DNA of 64,000 bases from positions 65,238 through 129,237 of the forward strand of contig JBAYVF010000001.1 of assembly GCA_041674705.1 (NCBI GenBank), given 5' to 3'. The notes below the pieces were generated by a model, which saw only the letters and a list, made by a program, of their open reading frames with translations, had not been told where the DNA came from and searched no databases. Of this stretch, positions 18,447 through 26,339 are shown one piece after another (position 1 is the stretch's first letter; each line of letters begins with the position of its first letter). Both the position numbers and the translations under genes were made by a program. This stretch comes from Candidatus Omnitrophota bacterium. Lineage in GTDB: Bacteria > Omnitrophota > Omnitrophia > Omnitrophales > Aquincolibacteriaceae.

Positions 18447-19412
18447 ATGGCAAAAATTGATGATTATAAGAAAATACTTCAGCGGCAACAGGAGCGGATA
18501 GAAGATGTAAAAAAGAAACCGAGATTTTCCCCAGATTTTAAGAAATGGCGCAGAGATACCGAAGTGGCCATTGAAAAAATATTCGGGGAAGAGACCCGAA
18601 ATATAAAAGATTTTAGGCAAGTAGGATATAGCCGCGTCGTTTCTTCAATGTATACTACGGAAGCAGAATACGATGAGGCCTTTTTAAAGGGATTGGATAG
18701 CGCGTCTGCAATTTTGCAATCTTTGATTGATGAACTTGCTGACTATGGTCTCAAAGAAATATCTAAAAGTGTTTCTAATTCTCCTGGGAAAGGCGTGAAT
18801 AGGCCAATACTGGAAAGTCATTTAAAGAGCATTACTCTAAGGCAGTTGCTCGAAATGCTACCTCGTCTTAGCCTTGGAGCAATAATATTGTTACTGGGAA
18901 TAATAGCATTTATTTTTGGGGCCGGATACAAAACGCATAGCGCTGTTATTTCTTTATCATTGAAGAATACGCCTAAGGAAATTGGCGCATCACGGCAAAT
19001 GGACCCAAATTTTCAGAGACCTTTAGAATCAATTAATGAGTTTAAAAAAGAAACCTCTCCGAATCGAGATAAAAGCAGAAATGCCCTCATGCTCAAGAGT
19101 TTAGTCAATGAAAGTGGTGAGATTTCCAAAAAGGGAAGAGGTGTTTTTGAAAGTTATGAGGCTTGGAGAGAAAAAACATTTACAGTATTGAAGAGCATCG
19201 ATGCCGAAGAGGCCAGCCATTTTTTTGAGGTGACAAAATTCAATGAAAAATATAACGACAGCATGCCATTCGTTATTAGAGAGCATTTAAAAGATGGGGA
19301 CGCTATAAAATTAATGGGAAAAGGCAACGCGGTTTTGTCCGGTTTGATTTTAGCTGCCGATGGTGAGACGGTACTTGGTATCTCGGGGGCACGTAAGGTG
19401 AGCCAAAGGTAG
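18447..19412 (+). CDS. Hypothetical protein with a central transmembrane helix
   Basis: 321 aa, with AGAGGAAAG upstream. The hydrophobic segment LSLGAIILLLGIIAFIFGAGY separates two soluble domains. I recognise no family. Confidence 0.5.
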   Translation: MAKIDDYKKILQRQQERIEDVKKKPRFSPDFKKWRRDTEVAIEKIFGEETRNIKDFRQVGYSRVVSSMYTTEAEYDEAFLKGLDSASAILQSLIDELADYGLKEISKSVSNSPGKGVNRPILESHLKSITLRQLLEMLPRLSLGAIILLLGIIAFIFGAGYKTHSAVISLSLKNTPKEIGASRQMDPNFQRPLESINEFKKETSPNRDKSRNALMLKSLVNESGEISKKGRGVFESYEAWREKTFTVLKSIDAEEASHFFEVTKFNEKYNDSMPFVIREHLKDGDAIKLMGKGNAVLSGLILAADGETVLGISGARKVSQR

Positions 19413-19424
19413 CCGTTCTCACGG
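19376..19424. repeat. Island junction motif, copy B (composite)
   Basis: tggtatctcggggg (shared with copy C) followed by gtgagccaaaggtagccgttctcacgg (shared with copy A). It overlaps the last codons and the stop of the 18447 ORF. Confidence 0.6.
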
Positions 19425-19466
19425 TATCCATTATCTTTCGACTTTATCGAACAAATAAAGGCTTTT

Positions 19467-20699
19467 ATGAAAAATCCAAAAAGTTTTGAGACGGCTTGCG
19501 GAGATTATTCTGTTGTCTCTGTGATTGGGGAAGGCGGGGCCGGGCGTGTTTTTTTGGTTCGAGATCATAGTGGCAAGGAAATGGCCCTCAAATGTCTTTA
19601 TCCAGAACTGATAACGACGGAAAGGCGAAAAAGATTCAAAAATGAAATTGATTTTTGTCAAAGAGAGTGCCATGAAAATTTAATTCGAGTTATTGATTCT
19701 GGATTAATGATTTGCGCCGATGGAAAGACTCCTTTTTACGTCATGCCATTTTTCCCAATGACCCTTCGTGCATTAATAGAGAAGCGGATACCTTCTGATA
19801 AGGTGTTGCCGATTTTTAATCAAATTTTAAATGGAGTGGAGGCTGCTCATCTCCTCGGAGTCACTCATAGAGATCTTAAGCCTGAAAATATTCTGTATGA
19901 TCCTAACCGAGATTTGATAGTCGTTGCTGATTTTGGCATTGCTCATTTCGAAGAGGATGTTCTTGCTACCACAGTGGAAACACAGCCTGCTTCGAAAATG
20001 GCAAATTTTTCTTATGCAGCACCCGAACAACGCAGCAAGGGAAGCAATGTGGATCTCCGAGTTGACATCTATGCGCTTGGGCTTATTCTCAATGAAATGT
20101 TTACGACAAAGGTGCCGCATGGAACGGGATATCAGAAAATCGAAACCGTTGCCCCAAGTTATACATATTTAGACTCATTGATTGAGATCATGATTCAACA
20201 ATCTCCCGGTGCTCGCCCCTCAAATATCGAAGATATTAAGAAGGGGTTAATTGGACGAAAGAATTCGTTCGTAGTGCTGCAACATCTCGACGCCAAAAAG
20301 CACGAAGTCGTGCTAGCCAGCACACCGCAACAATTTACTCCCATAAAACTGAAAGGAGTTGATTGGAGCAAAGGGATGCTTTTGTTTGAGTTAGATCAGG
20401 TCCCTCCCAGGAAATGGATCGAGCTATTTCAGAATCCGTCCGGCTATAGTGCGATATATGGGTACGGGCCTTCGGCAATTGGATTTCAGAAAAACACAGC
20501 GATGATACGCATTGAAGAACGATTAGCCCAACAGATTGTAAATCACTTTAAGGAATATTTGAATTCAGCCAATCGAGAGTACCAGAAGCACCTTTCTACC
20601 GAAGCAGCGCAGCGAGAATTAGAGCAACGCCGCCAACTTGAACAGGAAATAGCGGAAGCCGAAACAAGAGGGCGGATTTTGAAAAATGTGAAGATCTAA
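19467..20699 (+). CDS. Hanks-type serine/threonine protein kinase with uncharacterised C-terminal domain
   Basis: Glycine loop IGEGGAGRVF, ALK lysine, catalytic loop HRDLKPENIL, DFGIA, and the APE region (YAAPEQ). The C-terminal ~140 aa and the coiled-coil tail are unassigned. Confidence 0.85.
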   Translation: MKNPKSFETACGDYSVVSVIGEGGAGRVFLVRDHSGKEMALKCLYPELITTERRKRFKNEIDFCQRECHENLIRVIDSGLMICADGKTPFYVMPFFPMTLRALIEKRIPSDKVLPIFNQILNGVEAAHLLGVTHRDLKPENILYDPNRDLIVVADFGIAHFEEDVLATTVETQPASKMANFSYAAPEQRSKGSNVDLRVDIYALGLILNEMFTTKVPHGTGYQKIETVAPSYTYLDSLIEIMIQQSPGARPSNIEDIKKGLIGRKNSFVVLQHLDAKKHEVVLASTPQQFTPIKLKGVDWSKGMLLFELDQVPPRKWIELFQNPSGYSAIYGYGPSAIGFQKNTAMIRIEERLAQQIVNHFKEYLNSANREYQKHLSTEAAQRELEQRRQLEQEIAEAETRGRILKNVKI

Positions 20700-20729
20700 C
20701 ATGTATCGACAGTGTCGATAGGTGACACC

Positions 20730-20759
20730 TGGTATCTCGGGGACAGGTTCGTGAAAGCG
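20730..20759. repeat. Island junction motif, copy C
   Basis: tggtatctcggggacaggttcgtgaaagcg, lying 11 nt upstream of the 20770 start. Preceded by the palindrome tatcgaca-g-tgtcgata (20704-20720). Confidence 0.6.
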
Positions 20760-20769
20760 AGAGAGCAAT

Positions 20770-21480
20770 ATGGATAAAGTTTGGGTGGAGCTATTTTTCT
20801 CTTCGTTGTGCGTTTCACTAAAAAATGCACCCATTTGGTTTCTCTCCGCAATTCTTAAGCCTGCCTATGACGCAATTATTGCGCCTAAGGAGGTTTTTTG
20901 GACAGCAATGTCAACAATTGGAACCCTCTTTCTCGCGGTAGTTGCTTTATGGAAAGAAAATATGCATCGTCAGCCAGAATTAGTTCTTGAACCGGAAAAT
21001 ATGGAAGGTGTAAGTGCCCCGTTGCGAGCGCCAAGCGGGCAAATGATAGCTTCATGTTATTACCACCTCCGCGTCAAAAACCTAAAGCCGAAGGTGCTAG
21101 CTAAAAATGTTCGTATTCTTGTTAAACAAGTTCAGCTTACGAATCCTGGTGCTGTTCGAGAATTACACCCGCCCCGTCAATTGACATGGGCGCCTGCAGA
21201 GTTGGGTGAATTAGCTCCAAGTTTTTCTCGCGAAAGGACAGTGGATCTGATTTGCGTAACAAGAACAAATGCTCAAGTAGTTCTGGTTAGCGCAGCGTTT
21301 TCAGGTGAGCACATTATTGATTGGGGGAGAGACGCTACAATTTTATTGGAGGTGGTTGCTGATAATTTCTCAAAACCAAGATTTTATAGACTAATATGCA
21401 AATGGCTTGCGCCCAGACCTCCTGCAACTTTTGATGTAAATCCGCGAAATTGCTTAAGTTTAGAGTTAACATCAGCGTAA
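20770..21480 (+). CDS. Hypothetical membrane-anchored protein
   Basis: 236 aa with two N-terminal hydrophobic segments (VELFFSSLCVSL..., AMSTIGTLFLAVVALW) followed by a beta-rich soluble domain. No family recognised. Confidence 0.45.
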   Translation: MDKVWVELFFSSLCVSLKNAPIWFLSAILKPAYDAIIAPKEVFWTAMSTIGTLFLAVVALWKENMHRQPELVLEPENMEGVSAPLRAPSGQMIASCYYHLRVKNLKPKVLAKNVRILVKQVQLTNPGAVRELHPPRQLTWAPAELGELAPSFSRERTVDLICVTRTNAQVVLVSAAFSGEHIIDWGRDATILLEVVADNFSKPRFYRLICKWLAPRPPATFDVNPRNCLSLELTSA

Positions 21481-21542
21481 TAGCGCGATGTAGACAGCGC
21501 GAATGAACGAATGATTTAAATAGAGGCAATGCCGATTTTCTC

Positions 21543-22892
21543 ATGAATACTTCCAAGATTATTTACGCGAAAGGGCTGAAGTGCTTTTTAAAAAAACGCA
21601 CCGGAAAGAATTTTGACGAAATGCAGCAGTTGTTAGGATTTCTTAGAGATACGTTGCCTCATGCTCAATTTAGCAAGTGGAAAAGGAAATCATCTGATGA
21701 AGAGGCTGGAGCAAACCTGAAAGGCGGGAGCGACAATAAGCAAATTAATATCAGGGTGAGATTTGATGATGCGTGGCTATTAATGGCTACCCTAACTAAG
21801 GGGAGAGCTTTTGGGGTTTATGAGAGACAATATATAAATGTTGCGGTGCAGCAAATAAGCCTGACGATTAAGAGCTTATCAAACGCTGCATCGACTTTAT
21901 TTGTAAGTGACGTCTCAAGAATTTACGATTTAATCACTTCTGAATTCCTTAAAATCTTAACAAAAATTCCACAAGTAAATTATCTAGAAATATTGAATTT
22001 TTATAAAGATTTAGCGCAACAATCTTATGAATCAAACGCGATATCTTACGGCATTATTGTAACCGAAAAGCTAGCTAGGAAAAAGAAAGCGGCGATTTTC
22101 CCAAAAGATATTATGGGAGAGAAAAGGTTTCAATCAATCACGGATGGGTACAGCACGGTTCTATACATAGACAGTATTGGCAAAATCGTGCGCTTAGCAG
22201 GGCTCAAACAAAAGAAGGAAACAAGAGAAAGAGAGCATTTTTGTCCGCTCTGGCTCATGCCTCTTGCGAGCATGTGTGATCACGACAGAGAATTGGGGAT
22301 CGCGCTTTCTAGGAATGGCGCAATATTAATAACTTGGCGCGGAAATTTAATAATGTCCAATCGAGCAAGCAAGTGGACTTTGTGGAACCACGATGAAAAC
22401 GTTGAAATAATAAAAGAGAATTTGGCAGCGCAAGGGACAAAGCCAAAAGATCTGGGTAGGATGGCCGCGAGGCTTTATCGAGTAGCTTTGGATATTGCAT
22501 TCAAGAGAAGCGGAGGTTTGTTTGTTGTGTTGAGAACAAGAGGAAATATTTCCCAGTTGGTCTCTTATCCAGAACAATTGCTTGGGAAAAGACGAACCAA
22601 AGGCGACCTGGCTTTAGGCGAATGGCTCCACGAAAAAACCATAGTTGGAATTGAAAGAGAAACCCTTTCTGATTTGGCAGCATTAGATGGCGCGGTTGTT
22701 TGTGCGAGGAACGGGAAAATTTTAGCATATGGGTCAGTGCTTAAGATTCCGAGGAAAACAGGTCTTGGCAAAATAGAGGGATCAAGATCTCGAGCTGCGC
22801 ATTCAGCAAGTTACTTCGGACTCAGCATTAAGATATCCTCTGATGGCGAGATAAAGGTGTCGAGACGAGGAAAGGCGTGTTTGATTGTATAA
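21543..22892 (+). CDS. Protein with a C-terminal diadenylate-cyclase-like (DisA_N/CdaA-like) domain
   Basis: The C-terminal ~130 aa align by eye to CdaA. RSGGLFVVL corresponds to KIGALIVI. LDGAVVCARNGKILAYG corresponds to LHDGAVIMKNNEIAAA. GSRSRAAHSAS corresponds to GTRHRAAVGIS. IKISSDGEIKV corresponds to IIVSEETGGVSV. The N-terminal ~300 aa are unassigned. Confidence 0.5.
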   Translation: MNTSKIIYAKGLKCFLKKRTGKNFDEMQQLLGFLRDTLPHAQFSKWKRKSSDEEAGANLKGGSDNKQINIRVRFDDAWLLMATLTKGRAFGVYERQYINVAVQQISLTIKSLSNAASTLFVSDVSRIYDLITSEFLKILTKIPQVNYLEILNFYKDLAQQSYESNAISYGIIVTEKLARKKKAAIFPKDIMGEKRFQSITDGYSTVLYIDSIGKIVRLAGLKQKKETREREHFCPLWLMPLASMCDHDRELGIALSRNGAILITWRGNLIMSNRASKWTLWNHDENVEIIKENLAAQGTKPKDLGRMAARLYRVALDIAFKRSGGLFVVLRTRGNISQLVSYPEQLLGKRRTKGDLALGEWLHEKTIVGIERETLSDLAALDGAVVCARNGKILAYGSVLKIPRKTGLGKIEGSRSRAAHSASYFGLSIKISSDGEIKVSRRGKACLIV

Positions 22893-22902
22893 AAACGTTG
22901 TT

Positions 22903-22926
22903 GGGTAGCCTGGCTCGTGAAAGTAG
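22903..22926. repeat. Island junction motif, copy D (degenerate)
   Basis: gggtagcctggctcgtgaaagtag. It shares GTAGCC with copies A and B, and CGTGAAAG with copies C and E. Confidence 0.45.
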
Positions 22927-22953
22927 TTTCAAATTATCTTTTAAGGAGGACGC

Positions 22954-23262
22954 ATGAATTTGCAAGAATTTGTGAAAGATGTATTAGTGAGCCTTGATAA
23001 AGGTGTGAATGAAGCTCGGACAGAAATGAGCCGTGATATTCACTTTACTTATAGCCAGGATCAGCGAACCGTTGAGTTCGATATAGCGGTATCCGTAGAA
23101 GAAACTAATTTGCAAAGTGGTAAAGCGGGAATTCGTGTGTTGCAATTTGCTGAAGGCGGAGGGGAGCTAGGTAAAGAGAACAAGAATGCCAGTATTAGCA
23201 GAATTCGATTTGGTGTTAATATTGACATCTTGACGAAGCAAGAAAGCAACCGTCGGCATTGA
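22954..23262 (+). CDS. Small protein resembling the trypco2 (trypsin-co-occurring 2) adaptor domain
   Basis: 102 aa with AAGGAGG upstream. The pattern is an N-terminal helix, then VEFDIAVSVEE...GKAGIRVLQFAEGGGELG...SRIRFGVNI. This is like the helix plus beta-meander pattern I recall for trypco2 proteins. Confidence 0.4.
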   Translation: MNLQEFVKDVLVSLDKGVNEARTEMSRDIHFTYSQDQRTVEFDIAVSVEETNLQSGKAGIRVLQFAEGGGELGKENKNASISRIRFGVNIDILTKQESNRRH

Positions 23263-23270
23263 TAAAAAAT

Positions 23271-23289
23271 GGGCAGGTTTGTGAAAGCG
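23271..23289. repeat. Island junction motif, copy E
   Basis: gggcaggtttgtgaaagcg, lying 11 nt upstream of the 23300 start. It matches the 3' half of copy C. Confidence 0.55.
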
Positions 23290-23299
23290 GGTTGAATTT

Positions 23300-23647
23300 A
23301 TGAGTGAGATAAAAGCGCTGACGGAAAAGATCAAGAAGTTTCGGGATGAGCGGGACTGGATGCAGTTCCACAATCACAAGGACGTAGCCTTGTCCCTGGT
23401 CCTGGAGGCCGCGGAGGTGCTTGAGCACTTCCAGTGGAAGAAGCCCGGGGAAGTCGAAGCCCATGGGAAAGCCTGTAAGGATGAGATCGCCGATGAGCTT
23501 GCCGATGTAGCGATGTACCTGTTTGAATTGGCCGACAACCTTGGCATTGATCTCGCTAAAGCCATCGACGTCAAACTCGCCAAGAACGCCGCCAAATACC
23601 CCATCGCAAAAGCCAAAGGCAAACATACCAAGTACGACAAACTATAA
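23300..23647 (+). CDS. All-alpha MazG-like NTP pyrophosphohydrolase (DCTPP1 / RS21-C6-like)
   Basis: FRDERDWMQFHNHKDVALSLVLEAAEVLEHFQWK ... EIADELADVAMYLFELADNLGIDL ... KNAAKYP closely follows the RS21-C6/DCTPP1 core pattern (ERDWxQFH ... E..EL.E.FQWK ... EL.DV..YL). Confidence 0.75.
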   Translation: MSEIKALTEKIKKFRDERDWMQFHNHKDVALSLVLEAAEVLEHFQWKKPGEVEAHGKACKDEIADELADVAMYLFELADNLGIDLAKAIDVKLAKNAAKYPIAKAKGKHTKYDKL

Positions 23648-23683
23648 GTAAATGTACCGGCTATGTCGGTTTTTGAATACAAT

Positions 23684-23715
23684 GGCCATCGGCATTCGAT
23701 GGCCTTTTTATTTTT
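23684..23715 (+). terminator. Rho-independent terminator closing the six-gene operon
   Basis: Stem ggccatcg / cgatggcc with a 5-nt loop, followed by tttttatttttg. Confidence 0.75.
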
Positions 23716-23833
23716 GTTGGCTACAATAATGACAGAATTGGGTCGAAATGCATGGGGGATTTGCGATTTGTCCAGGGTCTATGCGAATTTTCAACACTAT
23801 CTTTTTAAATAAAGCAGTAAGAGGGAAAACGCC

Positions 23834-24814
23834 ATGAAATTAACTTTCATCGATCTCTTTGCAGGCATAGGCGGATTTAGATCCGCATTAGAAAGTTTTG
23901 GAGCGAAATGTGTTTTCAGCTCGGAATGGGATAAATACGCTGCAAAGACATACAAAGAAAACTTCGGCGAAGAGCCCGCGGGGGACATTACCAAGATTAA
24001 AGCGGAAAACATGCCTAAGCACAATATTCTCTGCGGGGGATTCCCCTGTCAAGCATTTAGCATATCTGGAAAACAGCACGGTTTTAGCGATGCGAGAGGG
24101 ACGCTTTTTTTTGACGTGGCTCGCATAGCTGATTTTCATAAGCCAGAAGTTCTTTTTTTAGAAAATGTAAAAAACCTGGTTAAACATGACGATGGGAAAA
24201 CGCTCAAGACCATATACCGTATTTTAGACGAGATTGGATATGATGTTTTTCACGATGTTTTGAACGCCAGTTATTTTGGCGTACCACAGAAGCGAGAAAG
24301 GGTCTATTTTGTTTGCTTCCGGAAAAATTTAAAAATCAAAAACTTCGAATTCCCAAAGCCTACTTATACTTTAGTTAGTTTAAAAGATATTGCGGAGCCA
24401 GAGGCGGCAACCAAAGATTTCCATCTTTTGCGCGACGATATCAAGCTTGCTAAAAAAGCAATCTCCCAAAGGATGTTGCTCAACCCAAATCCTTGCCGTC
24501 CGATCAGGGTTGGCATAATTAACAAAGGTGGCCAGGGGGAGAGGATATATTCTGAAGAGGGGCACGCTATAACATTGTCGGCTTATGGTGGCGGGGCGGC
24601 TGGAAAAACAGGAGCCTATTTGATAAACGGGCATATTCGTCAACTAACGCCAAGGGAATGCTTAAGAGTTCTTGGTTTCCAAGAGGCATTCCATTTTCCA
24701 AAGGGCACAACAACTCATCAAGCATACAAGCAGTGTGGGAATAGCGTGGTCGTCCCAGTAATAAAAAAAATCTTTGGAAAGGTGCAAGCCGTATTAGAAA
24801 AATCATCTTTATGA
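23834..24814 (+). CDS. dcm: DNA (cytosine-5)-methyltransferase
   Basis: Motif I DLFAGIGGF, motif IV GGFPCQAFS, motif VI ENV, QKRERV, and motif X QCGNSV. Confidence 0.92.
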   Translation: MKLTFIDLFAGIGGFRSALESFGAKCVFSSEWDKYAAKTYKENFGEEPAGDITKIKAENMPKHNILCGGFPCQAFSISGKQHGFSDARGTLFFDVARIADFHKPEVLFLENVKNLVKHDDGKTLKTIYRILDEIGYDVFHDVLNASYFGVPQKRERVYFVCFRKNLKIKNFEFPKPTYTLVSLKDIAEPEAATKDFHLLRDDIKLAKKAISQRMLLNPNPCRPIRVGIINKGGQGERIYSEEGHAITLSAYGGGAAGKTGAYLINGHIRQLTPRECLRVLGFQEAFHFPKGTTTHQAYKQCGNSVVVPVIKKIFGKVQAVLEKSSL

Positions 24815-24836
24815 GCTATGGGAAAAAAGGAGCTAC

Positions 24837-25595
24837 ATGTCGAAAAAACAGGATCTAATTTCCTTAGGTTCGAGGACGGCAAGAAATGGTTTTCGAAACG
24901 AAGATGATATTGTCAAAAAATTTCACAGCTGGAAAAGCGATGCCGATTCTCAAACATGGCTAGTTATTATGGGGTATGCGTTAAAGCAAATTGAGAAGGT
25001 GGAAGCGTGTAAGTTGCATGGATTCAAGACGGACGTTCAGATAAAAATTACAATTTACATGAAAGAGGGCGTGGCAGCGGAGAACCTTTCAATAAAACTT
25101 GTTAGTAACCCTGCGGGGTTTAATCAGGTGGATAAGCGATGGGTGGATCAATATGCTCTCTTGTGGGATATTCCGCCCGAGGTCATCGAAGCCCTAAAGC
25201 TTTTTACCGGAGAAATCGCGCCTCTCCCCGGGAGACAGCTTCGAGATGGTCGAAGAATGTTTTTTGATGAATTGGATGCTGAGGCTCAGAGGAAAGTCGT
25301 TTCTTTTTTTACGCAAAACAAAATATTAGTTGTTTCAGATATACTTAGGGGGCGTGGGCCTTTTTCAGCTGGGTGGATGCTGGTTGCATTAAAGGCTGAT
25401 AGCAAAAGTAAATGGGAATTAAAATCGATAAATCAGGCTATGAACGTTTTCGCCGCTGGAGATGTCGAGATTTCGCCTCGAGGTAGTTTAAAAATTGGCA
25501 AGATTGGTATGCAGCGAAAAGGAGGCGACGGGGGGCGGAGAACAGCTCAAATGTTGCAGTTTAAGATAAATCCCGTTGAGCTTTTTGGTGATTAA
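24837..25595 (+). CDS. Type II restriction endonuclease, MspI/HinP1I-like (specificity possibly CCGG, unverified)
   Basis: Sits between the m5C methyltransferase and vsr. FKTDVQIKITIY...LSIKLV resembles the MspI catalytic KTD-x17/18-(N/S)IK arrangement, and MLQFK near the C-terminus resembles the MspI C-terminus as I recall it. Confidence 0.55.
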   Translation: MSKKQDLISLGSRTARNGFRNEDDIVKKFHSWKSDADSQTWLVIMGYALKQIEKVEACKLHGFKTDVQIKITIYMKEGVAAENLSIKLVSNPAGFNQVDKRWVDQYALLWDIPPEVIEALKLFTGEIAPLPGRQLRDGRRMFFDELDAEAQRKVVSFFTQNKILVVSDILRGRGPFSAGWMLVALKADSKSKWELKSINQAMNVFAAGDVEISPRGSLKIGKIGMQRKGGDGGRRTAQMLQFKINPVELFGD

Positions 25596-25597
25596 AT

Positions 25598-26026
25598 ATG
25601 TCTGATGTTGTGAGCGAGAAAAAGAGAAGCGAAATAATGCGCGCTGTTAAAAGCCGTGGCACGAAATTAGAGGTTGGCTTTGGACGCAAGCTTCGGGAAA
25701 TTGGAATTAAGTTCAGAAGGAATGTAAAAAGTTGTTTTGGGAAACCTGATTTTGCGAATAAAAAAAACAAAATGGCAATTTTTATCGACTCATGTTTTTG
25801 GCATGGCTGTCGTTTCCATTGCAGAATGCCAAAGTCTCATGCTCGTTATTGGAATCAAAAAATAGAGAGAAACAAGGAGCGTGACAGACAAGTTGTCGAA
25901 TGGTATCAGCGGCACGAGTGGCATTTATTTCGTTTTTGGGAACATAGTTTGAAAGTCGATGTGGACAAATGTCTTTCGAAAATTAAAAAAAACATGAAAA
26001 CAAAGTTAGTTTTAAAAGATATCTAG
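25598..26026 (+). CDS. vsr: Very-short-patch repair endonuclease
   Basis: SEIMRAVKSRGTKLE, GKPDFANKKNKMAIFIDSCFWHGC and RYWNQKIERNKERD are typical Vsr motifs. Starts 2 nt after the endonuclease stop. Confidence 0.9.
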   Translation: MSDVVSEKKRSEIMRAVKSRGTKLEVGFGRKLREIGIKFRRNVKSCFGKPDFANKKNKMAIFIDSCFWHGCRFHCRMPKSHARYWNQKIERNKERDRQVVEWYQRHEWHLFRFWEHSLKVDVDKCLSKIKKNMKTKLVLKDI

Positions 26027-26048
26027 CGAAACGGTGCCGGGCATAAAA

Positions 26049-26126
26049 GGGACAGGTTAAAACGGCTTTCTTTTGTTGGTTTTTGCTATATTCACTTTTG
26101 ATTAACCGAGCCGTTAATAGTGTCCC
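26049..26126. repeat. Inverted repeat at the right end of the AT-rich block (junction-motif-like, copy F)
   Basis: gggacaggttaaaacggc (26049-26066) and gccgttaatagtgtccc (26110-26126) are imperfectly complementary. The left arm resembles copy C (ggggacaggttcgtgaaagcg). Confidence 0.55.
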
Positions 26127-26129
26127 ATT

Positions 26130-26218
26130 ACAGACTGTAGACCAAAGACTGCAGACGGCAGACTATAGCTCTTAGCTTATAGCCTACAGCCAACAGCCCG
26201 CAGACAGCAGCCCGCAGT
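26130..26218. repeat. Word-repeat element (CAGAC/CTACAG family)
   Basis: cagactgtagaccaaagactgcagacggcagactatagc ... gcttatagcctacagccaacagcccgcagacagcagcccgcag. Related in word content to 52373-52445. Confidence 0.6.
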
Positions 26219-26339
26219 GGAACAGCCGACAAATCACAACCACTCAACACCGGGGCAGACTTCGTACGGAGCCATCGCAAAGCTCCGACGGAGCAGTCCC
26301 GGATCGTAAAAATCCGGGGCAACCCCGGGGAGGCAAGAC

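Noticed and set aside
18342-26126. Integron cassette array with attC sites.
   Set aside because: No intI integrase or attI is present in or next to the island. The junction motifs are short (20-50 nt) and mostly lack the paired R''/R' (RYYYAAC...GTTRRRY) cores. Only copy F has an inverted partner. The idea is kept only as a remote alternative within the junction-motif finding.
26227-26339. Structured GC-rich leader upstream of the SIMPL gene (hairpins cgtacggagc...gctccgacgg, ccggatcg...atccgg, ggggcaacccc) as a possible riboswitch.
   Set aside because: I cannot match it to any riboswitch class from memory. Local hairpins are ubiquitous in this genome, so structure alone is not evidence.
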